NCBI GenBank assembly: GCA_016700315.1
Contig: CP065013.1
Span: forward strand, 853,298-917,297
Source: Candidatus Saccharimonadota bacterium
GTDB lineage: Bacteria > Patescibacteriota > Saccharimonadia > Saccharimonadales > SZUA-47
Length of the DNA: 64,000 nt
Direction: 5' to 3'
Position 1 is the stretch's first letter, and each line of letters starts with the position of its first letter. Positions 57,417-64,000 of the stretch are shown here, piece by piece. The position numbers and the translations under genes are program-made. The notes under the pieces are model-generated. The model did not search any database, was not told where the DNA came from, and saw nothing but the letters and a program-made list of their open reading frames with translations.

Positions 57417-58659
57417 AGCTAGCCTCTCTTTGCTGAGTAAGCACCCTATTGTAACTGTCCAAAATATGAGATGCTGTGCCTTTCCACGACCGTTTATCGT
57501 ATTCGTTTTGTGCATTTTGGAGTAGTGTTTGTCTTAGGTCGTTATTTTCAAGAACCGCACAAATTTGATTAGCCATCTCGTCCGTATCCCAGTAGTCAAC
57601 CTTCAAAGTGTTGGTGAGATACTCGACAATCCCAGATTGCTTGGAAACTAGTGTTGGCGCTCCGTATGCTATCGATTCATAAGGCACTAAACCCATTGGC
57701 TCAGACACCGATGGCATCACGAACAAGTCAGCAGCTCTGAAACTATCACGCCATTGCTTACCAACACCTTCGACTCTTCCTGTAAAAATCACGTTCCCGG
57801 CCAGGCCTAACGATGCAGCGTACTCCAATAGTTCTGGTATCTGCTCGCCCCCACCAACAAACAAAAACAAAGTTTTTGGACGAGTAGCTACTACTTTTTG
57901 TGCAGCAGTAATAAGATGAAAAATGCCTTTTTGAACCGTCATTCTTCCAGCGTTAAGCACCACGCCATAACCCAATTCTCTCATTTTTACTAGATAGGGG
58001 TAGGTCTCATGTTCTTCAATGCGTAGATGAGCTGGAATTTCCATGTAGTTTTCAGCAATCGAAATCTTGTCTGGCGAAACGTGATAATTTTCGACGATAA
58101 TATTTTTTTGTCGTTCACAAAGTACGAAGATATGATCTGCCATGTGAAAACCGACGTACTCAATATCGTGGACGAGCGGGTTACCGTGTTTTCCGCCAGC
58201 CCTGTCAAACTCTGTCGCATGAACATGCACAAAAAGTGGCATACCGCTTTTTTGTTTTAATGCTAGGCCAGCTCTAAATGTTAGCCAATCGTGAGCGTGA
58301 ATAACGTCGTACTCGCCAAGATTAGTCATGCTTGAAACATTTTGTGCAAATAACTCAACCTGTTCATGCAATGTCCTCACATTTTTTGTGCCATTTATTG
58401 TAGTTACCTCGTAACGGAACGAGTCATACGTACTACCGCCGTCCATCAGTAGTTTTGCGTGTTGGTGAATCGCTGGAGTGACTTTCATGTGAGATATGTG
58501 AGAGTAATCGGCCTCAAAAGGCAGAATGAACTCAATCTCTGCACCGCTGTTAGCCATGTGACGAGTCAACTGATCGCAAACAATACCCATACCACCGACA
58601 TAGTGCGGTGGTAGTTCCCAGCCAAGCATTAAGATACGCATTTTTTCTTTATCCCACAC
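57409..58659 (-). CDS. GT4-family glycosyltransferase (glycogen/alpha-glucan synthase-like)
   Basis: MRILMLGWELPP..GGMG N-terminus and E-x7-E region SVSEPMGLVPYESIAYG. Start is either GTG 58659 or ATG 58641. Confidence 0.8.
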   Translation of the reverse strand: MWDKEKMRILMLGWELPPHYVGGMGIVCDQLTRHMANSGAEIEFILPFEADYSHISHMKVTPAIHQHAKLLMDGGSTYDSFRYEVTTINGTKNVRTLHEQVELFAQNVSSMTNLGEYDVIHAHDWLTFRAGLALKQKSGMPLFVHVHATEFDRAGGKHGNPLVHDIEYVGFHMADHIFVLCERQKNIIVENYHVSPDKISIAENYMEIPAHLRIEEHETYPYLVKMRELGYGVVLNAGRMTVQKGIFHLITAAQKVVATRPKTLFLFVGGGEQIPELLEYAASLGLAGNVIFTGRVEGVGKQWRDSFRAADLFVMPSVSEPMGLVPYESIAYGAPTLVSKQSGIVEYLTNTLKVDYWDTDEMANQICAVLENNDLRQTLLQNAQNEYDKRSWKGTASHILDSYNRVLTQQREASYV

Positions 58660-58714
58660 ATTCGTTTGATTTAATTATAATAACTTAACTCTTTAAACAC
58701 AACCGTTTTAGCGC

Positions 58715-58743
58715 TTGATTTAATCTGTTATACGAGCTATAAT
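58715..58743 (+). promoter_or_regulatory. Putative typA promoter TTGATT-N17-TATAAT
   Basis: -35 at 58715-20 and -10 at 58738-43. Confidence 0.6.
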
Positions 58744-58755
58744 AAATCTGAAGGG

Positions 58756-58780
58756 ACGCGTTAGTAAAACGCGTTTATTT
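58756..58780 (+). promoter_or_regulatory. Leader hairpin plus T-rich tail directly before the typA ATG
   Basis: ACGCGT-TAGTAAA-ACGCGT, then TTATTTT, then ATG at 58782. Confidence 0.5.
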
Positions 58781-58781
58781 T

Positions 58782-60596
58782 ATGCAAGATAATATCCGTA
58801 ACATAGCTATAATCGCACACGTTGATCACGGCAAAACAACGCTTGTTGATGGTCTATTAAAACAATCCCACACCTTTCGTGATAACCAAGCTGAGATGAG
58901 CCAAGACCTAATTATGGACAGTGGCGACCAAGAACGGGAGCGTGGCATTACCATAACAGCCAAAATCACGGCCGTTGACTGGGAGGGGCTTCGCATAAAC
59001 ATCATCGACACACCTGGTCACGCTGATTTTAGTGGCGAAGTTGAGCGCACCTTGCGCATGGCCGACGGCGTAATCTTGGTTGTTGATGCCCAAGAAGGGC
59101 CAATGCCTCAAACCAAATTCGTCCTTAGTAAGGCCCTACAATTAGAGCTCAAACCGATTGTTGTGATCAACAAAATCGACAAACAGGCTTCACGCCTAAA
59201 AGAAGTCGAAGACGAGTTAGCTGACCTGTTTTTGGAATTGGCGGTTCATGAAGATCAGCTACATTATCCCATATATTATGCGATTGGTCGGGAAGGCAAG
59301 GCGTGGAACAACATTCCAACTGACCCAACCGCAAACGCTGATTTGGTGCCGATTTTTGAAGCTATTCGAGATCAAATTTCTCCTCCAAAAGTAGAGACCT
59401 CTGGCAATCTACAGTTACTAGTCTCTTCTCTACGTTACGACAGTTTTCAGGGTAAATACGCAGTCGGACGAGTTGAACGCGGACATTTAAAGCGCGGCCA
59501 AGCAGTCAGCCTTTGCCAAAAAGATAAAACTATCAAAACAAAAGTTGATAAAATCTACCGTACTATAGGCTTATCATACTTTGAGGTTGAAGAAGCAGTC
59601 GCTGGCGACATTGTCAGCGTAACGGGTCTAAGCACCGCCCAGATAGGTGATACTGTTACTGATATTGATAGCCCTGAGTCACTGCCTCCTATAGAAATTG
59701 AGGCTCCAACTCTTCAGATATACCTGGGGCCCAACACCAGCCCATTTAAGTCTAAAGAAGGTGAGTTCACAACTAGTCGACAAATCGGCGACCGTTTGCG
59801 CCAAGAACTCGAAACAAACGTTGGCCTAAGAGTCGTAGAACAGGGAATTGGCTTCTTGGTTTCTGGTCGAGGCGAGCTACACCTAAGCGTTTTGATCGAA
59901 ACGATGCGCCGCGAAGGCTACGAGCTAGAGGTTGGGCGACCGCAAGTTGTAACGCATATCGAAAACGGCGTTGAAGTCGAGCCAATTGAAGAGCTTAACG
60001 TCGAAGTCCCGGCTGAACACGTAGGTGCAGTCCAGATGGAGCTTGGACGCAGGCGAGCAGAGCAGATCGATCAATTCAGTTCAAACAAAGGCGTAACAAA
60101 ATTAGTCTACAAACTTCCAACTCGCTCGCTGTTAGGAGCGAGAAACATTTTACTCACCGCAACTCGCGGTACGATTATTATGAACACACTATTAGACGGC
60201 TTCGCACCACTTTCAGCTGCCCTAGAACAACTAAGAAACGGCGCTCTTGTCGCCTGGGAATCGGGTACCTCGACACCTTATGCACTAGAGCCAGTTGAAG
60301 AGAGGGGCGTACTCTTTGTCGGCCCAAATGAGCCGATTTATGCCGGACAAATTGTTGGCCTTTACAACCGCTCGGGCGACCTCGAGGTTAACGTTTGTAA
60401 AGAAAAGCACCTCACCAACATGCGTAGTAAAGCTTCCGATGGCGTTACTCAGCTTACGCCTGCGATCAAAATGAGCCTTGAACAATGCCTGGACTTTATT
60501 GAGAATGATGAACTACTTGAAGTGACACCGAAATCCTTGCGTCTTAGAAAACGAGAACTAGACCATAACCTCCGAAAAAGAAATAATAAAAATTAG
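58782..60596 (+). CDS. typA: Translational GTPase TypA/BipA
   Basis: [31 protein letters not shown]-like domains. Confidence 0.95.
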   Translation: MQDNIRNIAIIAHVDHGKTTLVDGLLKQSHTFRDNQAEMSQDLIMDSGDQERERGITITAKITAVDWEGLRINIIDTPGHADFSGEVERTLRMADGVILVVDAQEGPMPQTKFVLSKALQLELKPIVVINKIDKQASRLKEVEDELADLFLELAVHEDQLHYPIYYAIGREGKAWNNIPTDPTANADLVPIFEAIRDQISPPKVETSGNLQLLVSSLRYDSFQGKYAVGRVERGHLKRGQAVSLCQKDKTIKTKVDKIYRTIGLSYFEVEEAVAGDIVSVTGLSTAQIGDTVTDIDSPESLPPIEIEAPTLQIYLGPNTSPFKSKEGEFTTSRQIGDRLRQELETNVGLRVVEQGIGFLVSGRGELHLSVLIETMRREGYELEVGRPQVVTHIENGVEVEPIEELNVEVPAEHVGAVQMELGRRRAEQIDQFSSNKGVTKLVYKLPTRSLLGARNILLTATRGTIIMNTLLDGFAPLSAALEQLRNGALVAWESGTSTPYALEPVEERGVLFVGPNEPIYAGQIVGLYNRSGDLEVNVCKEKHLTNMRSKASDGVTQLTPAIKMSLEQCLDFIENDELLEVTPKSLRLRKRELDHNLRKRNNKN

Positions 60597-60632
60597 TTTG
60601 TAAATTTCTCATATCTGTGTTACTATAGCACT

Positions 60633-60821
60633 ATGGAACATTTTTTTGACCCAAAAACTAACACTTTTGATCTTGGCAATGACACAAATTACGTCAAGGG
60701 CTACAAAGTCAAAGGTACTACGATGGAGGCTGTTAGGCCATTAGATAGGCCGTTTTCTGAAGCCGAGTTTGCTGCAGCTGCTTTTGGTTCTGGCCAGCTA
60801 CTTGAAGTTGTTTTCTCCTAA
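60633..60821 (+). CDS. Hypothetical small protein (62 aa)
   Basis: ORF only. TACTAT (60621-26) is 6 nt before the ATG. Confidence 0.45.
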   Translation: MEHFFDPKTNTFDLGNDTNYVKGYKVKGTTMEAVRPLDRPFSEAEFAAAAFGSGQLLEVVFS

Positions 60822-60969
60822 TTGTCTCTTACCTGGCCGAGGCTATCCGGCCATGGGCATAGCTATAACTGGGGCATAGCAATGCCGGTCTTGGCAGAAA
60901 CTTCTTTCGCCCAAACTACCAACCTTGCATACTGCGCATCGCGGGCAGCATTTTCTGTATCATTATCAT

Positions 60970-61173
60970 CTAGCCGCTTAACAAAGCCATCAATCGTGTT
61001 GGTAAGTTGCTCATCCGTGCTTCCAGTCTGTCAACTCTCAGCTCAAGATTGTTAAATCTTTCATCAATGCGTGACATCATACTATCCATGACCTCTGCAA
61101 GTTCACCAACAATTAGCTTATTGTTTTTTTCTAGAGCTTCTTCGAGATCTTTTTTGTTTACGTAATCACTCAT
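60970..61173 (-). CDS. Hypothetical coiled-coil small protein (67 aa)
   Basis: Heptad-like sequence LEEALEKNNKLIVGELAEVMD...LELRVDRLEARM. TATAAT (plus-strand 61180-61185) is 6 nt before ATG 61173. Confidence 0.5.
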   Translation of the reverse strand: MSDYVNKKDLEEALEKNNKLIVGELAEVMDSMMSRIDERFNNLELRVDRLEARMSNLPTRLMALLSG

Positions 61174-61192
61174 AGTTTTATTATACACCGCT

Positions 61193-62704
61193 TTACATAT
61201 CCCTCACCTGGCCGAAGGCAATGCGGTCTAGTATCTCGCCGCGCATATCCATCATCGTGGCCGGCGTGACGACGTATTCGCCGTAGCGATTGTTGATAAT
61301 GTCTATCGCATCACTCATTCGCCGCTTGGCGCTCATAGCCCTAAAATCAGACTGCACAATAGCTTGTTTATCGTTTAGCAAAGACTGTTTAGCGTCATTC
61401 TCGGCGTCAAACAGCCCAAGTTGCTCTGGGTCCCAGTCGTGTAGGTCGAAGACTGTAACCGACATTAGTTTGACTTTGTCATAAATCGCAGCCCTCTCTA
61501 GCAAGTAGCAGGCCGCACGGTAAATATCCTCGGTGCTATATAGCCTATGGTCGACTTTCATGCCTTGTTTCCAACTGCGCAACTTATGCATATTCTCAAA
61601 AGATGACGGCAGCTCTCTTGAAAACCTGTCATCTGAAAATTTATTGGAAATTGAAAATTGGAACTTGCTAAATTCCTGGCTTACAAAGCCAAAATACAAA
61701 TGTATGCCCTGCCCATAAAGCCCGCTCTTACGCAGCCTACGGCCGGTTTTCTCGCACAGCTTCAGCAGCAACCTTTTGAGCTCAGTAACGTCTGTCGTTT
61801 TGTGGGGCAGAGCATACTGATGCCCAATGCTCGAACGCTTGCTTTCAGCGCTATCAATTTCGTAGCCACGCAGCCGCAAATACCAGTAGTAGCCAACTAT
61901 GCTTTTAAAAACCTGCTTTTGCAGTAGCCAACGATCGGCCTCCAAAAACTGTAGCGGCGTAGTGACACCACAAGCGAATAACCTTCGTCGAAACCGCGTA
62001 TTGATACCCGGAAGATCAACCAGATCCATTCCTTGGTAGAACTCCAAAAGATTAGTATGGTCAATTAGTGTCATGCCATTTGGTTTATTGAAGCCGGCGG
62101 CGTACTTAGCCAAAAACCTGTTCGGCCCAATGCCGACATTAACTGTTACGGCCTCGCCCAGCCGCTCATAGATCTTTTGCTTTATCTCATAGCCTATTAT
62201 TCGCATGGCCTGGCTATAAAGTCTATGTTCGTCTTTTATCGGTGACATTTTAGACGATATAAGCAAAGAGTAGTCAGTCTGATAATTGGACTTTAAGGAT
62301 TGATTAGAAATTGAAAATTGAGAACTGAAAATTACAGTCCCAATCATAACAATAAGCTTCTTTTTTTTCTTCAGTACCTGGGAACCCTGCAGGTTCAGCA
62401 CGAATTCATCTATCGACTTCGGGTGCACGTCATCGGTGTACTCCAGTAAAAGTTCTTTGAACTTGTTGTGAGCATCGCGGTACTTAGCTGGATCAGGTGT
62501 CATAATCACGATGCCAGGTGCCAGCACTCGAGCTTCAGCCACATTTACGCCTAGTTTCACGCCTTTGGCCTTCGCCGCATAGTTAGCAGCCAAAACAAAA
62601 CCTCTGGGAGTATCATAGGCCGCTACACCGACTGGCCGCCCGCGTAACAGGCGATTGGCCTGCGCCTCAATTGTTGCAAAGCAACTATTGAGATCAATGT
62701 GCAT
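61193..62704 (-). CDS. dinB: Y-family DNA polymerase (DinB/Pol IV-like) carrying two low-complexity in-frame insertions
   Basis: MHIDLNSCFATIEAQ, SIDEF, GIGPNRFLAKYAAGFNKPNG, little-finger C-terminus. ATG 62704 is preferred because the upstream 24 codons of the ORF lie in a short-word spacer. Confidence 0.85.
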   Translation of the reverse strand: MHIDLNSCFATIEAQANRLLRGRPVGVAAYDTPRGFVLAANYAAKAKGVKLGVNVAEARVLAPGIVIMTPDPAKYRDAHNKFKELLLEYTDDVHPKSIDEFVLNLQGSQVLKKKKKLIVMIGTVIFSSQFSISNQSLKSNYQTDYSLLISSKMSPIKDEHRLYSQAMRIIGYEIKQKIYERLGEAVTVNVGIGPNRFLAKYAAGFNKPNGMTLIDHTNLLEFYQGMDLVDLPGINTRFRRRLFACGVTTPLQFLEADRWLLQKQVFKSIVGYYWYLRLRGYEIDSAESKRSSIGHQYALPHKTTDVTELKRLLLKLCEKTGRRLRKSGLYGQGIHLYFGFVSQEFSKFQFSISNKFSDDRFSRELPSSFENMHKLRSWKQGMKVDHRLYSTEDIYRAACYLLERAAIYDKVKLMSVTVFDLHDWDPEQLGLFDAENDAKQSLLNDKQAIVQSDFRAMSAKRRMSDAIDIINNRYGEYVVTPATMMDMRGEILDRIAFGQVRDM

Positions 62705-62820
62705 AATCAAAGGCAAAGCCTTTGATGGTAGATGGTAGGTAGTAAGTGGTAGATGGGGGCTTGACTTTTCTTTCATAATTTGCTAAAATATAGTTTAGAT
62801 AAAATTATTAAGGAGTTACT

Positions 62821-63117
62821 GTGGACTACGAAGGTTTTAAAAAAATCAATTCTATAGACGGTATTACATGCGAAACGCTACCAAAAACAGGAGAGCACGT
62901 ACGGTTCGTTACTGTAGCTGGTTACGACGATCGCCTCCAAAGGAGTACATTTGATCACTCTAACATTCTAAATGCCTTAGATGCTGAAGGGCTAATGAAG
63001 GCTAAAGGGCCTAGGGACGCAGGGTACAGAAGAGGACCAGATTTTGAGTTAGTAGGAGTTACTACCGTTAGGGGATGTGCCGCAGTACTTCTAGAAGACT
63101 TGAATAACGGACGATAA
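62821..63117 (+). CDS. Hypothetical protein (98 aa)
   Basis: GTG start 6 nt after SD AAGGAG. Confidence 0.5.
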   Translation: MDYEGFKKINSIDGITCETLPKTGEHVRFVTVAGYDDRLQRSTFDHSNILNALDAEGLMKAKGPRDAGYRRGPDFELVGVTTVRGCAAVLLEDLNNGR

Positions 63118-63162
63118 AACGCTAGGACTTTCTTGCCAGCAGCCACAGTTTAAAATTTTCAC

Positions 63163-63453
63163 CTAGCTTACAGTCTGGCAAACCACCGTGGCTTCGCTGG
63201 CGGGCATGTATTCTTCTATTACCCAGTGGAGAGTTTCGGTATCGAGCGCTAATTTAAAGTACATAGTTTCTTTTTGATCACACAAGCTAAAGTGGTGTAT
63301 CAGTTTGTTACCGTTTTTTGTTTTGTGATGATAGTCAACCTTGCCGAGTATGTAGTCTTGGTTTTGCCATGTTAGCCGGTAGGGCTGAAAGCGCTGAAGT
63401 TTGGCGTTGTACAGTGTCACTACGCTAACGGGCTCATCTAAACTTTCTCTCAT
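63163..63453 (-). CDS. Hypothetical protein (~96 aa)
   Basis: ATG 63453 follows SD AGGAGG and forms an ATGA overlap with the upstream ORF stop. Confidence 0.55.
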   Translation of the reverse strand: MRESLDEPVSVVTLYNAKLQRFQPYRLTWQNQDYILGKVDYHHKTKNGNKLIHHFSLCDQKETMYFKLALDTETLHWVIEEYMPASEATVVCQTVS

Positions 63454-63641
63454 AAGCCCTTGCACCTCCTGCCAAATACAGGCAGAGCCTGCGCTCTGGC
63501 TAGGTTTTTACCTTTTTGCTGTGTTGCCGGCCGTAGTACTCGCTCAACGTATGGACAATACGCCTCACTGCGGGCTTCGCCGGCGCCTTGCAAAATCGGC
63601 AAATGCAAGGCTTCTGACAAAAGTTTCCAACTTTCTCTCAT
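63450..63641 (-). CDS. Hypothetical basic small protein (63 aa)
   Basis: SD AGGAG lies 10 nt before the ATG. Arg/Lys-rich. Confidence 0.45.
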   Translation of the reverse strand: MRESWKLLSEALHLPILQGAGEARSEAYCPYVERVLRPATQQKGKNLARAQALPVFGRRCKGL

Positions 63642-63677
63642 ATGATGTTAGCTCCTAATGCTTCTAGGGTCTTTTTA

Positions 63678-63770
63678 TTGACAATATCTGAATGCTTATG
63701 TTATATTGGTGGCATAAGACCTTCGGCGGTGGTTTATACACCACACTTGCGGAAGGCCTTTTTATTTTTT
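63678..63770 (+). ncRNA. Candidate short transcript: promoter plus ~55-nt hairpin RNA plus intrinsic terminator
   Basis: TTGACA (63678-83)-N17-TTATAT (63701-06). Then CCTTCGGC...GCGGAAGG stem enclosing GTGG/CCAC, followed by TTTTTATTTTTT (63759-70). Confidence 0.4.
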
Positions 63771-64000
63771 AGGAAAGATTGACATTAAGTCTTTTTGTTT
63801 TTTTGTTTTCCTTAACTTGTACATAGAATAAGCCTCCTGTGGCGTGATGCTGGCAAAACGATGCAATACTTGTGTGGTCTTAGCGGGATCGATTATATAC
63901 CCTACAATATCCTCAGATGAATACGGCGAGAAGCGCTAGCTATATCTAGTCGAGACAAGATACTGCCCACCGCCTCTGGCTCTTTATTGACCGCCTGATC

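Overview
Gene-dense core-genome segment with strong plus-strand bias, from a small-genome bacterium. It is most consistent with a Candidate Phyla Radiation/Patescibacteria (Saccharibacteria-like) lineage using the standard genetic code. That call is an inference from three things: no L30 between rpsE and rplO, no adk/map after secY, and many small orphan ORFs plus an archaeal-type CarS homolog.

Gene order:
- PBP1A (5' partial), radA, tyrS, a methyltransferase, recG, a hypothetical, rsmD.
- tRNA-Leu, an intact IS30-family element, then a small accessory patch (orphan ORFs and a phosphatidylcholine-synthase-like gene).
- hisS, a CarS-like gene, tig, clpP.
- A roughly 29 kb same-strand block: rpoB-rpoC-rpsL-rpsG-(orphan)-fusA-tuf-rpsJ-(1.2 kb insertion)-rplC...rplQ-rplM-rpsI.
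- trpS, an RluA-family gene, holB, a TPR protein, a tRNA-Tyr/Thr/Thr cluster, rpmG.
- A GH15-GH57-GT4 alpha-glucan cluster, typA, a Y-family polymerase and small orphan ORFs.

Most unusual signals:
1. Four tandem ~121-bp structured units directly follow tRNA-Thr(UGU). Each ends with the exact 19-nt 3' end of that tRNA including CCA, and the diverged fourth unit keeps its hairpins through compensatory changes.
2. Low-complexity 'short-word' spacer elements recur, including a homologous modular pair flanking tig-clpP and two in-frame insertions inside dinB.
3. The ribosomal-protein super-operon is interrupted by orphan ORFs, a pseudogene and a junction duplication.
4. A perfect CIRCE operator sits on the clpP promoter.
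5. Many genes have a -10 box only 6-8 nt upstream of the ATG, which suggests leaderless mRNAs.
6. A G25 tract and a G7A13 tract bracket an unassigned 430-bp non-coding stretch.

All calls rest on reading the sequence and recalling family motifs. No database search was run.
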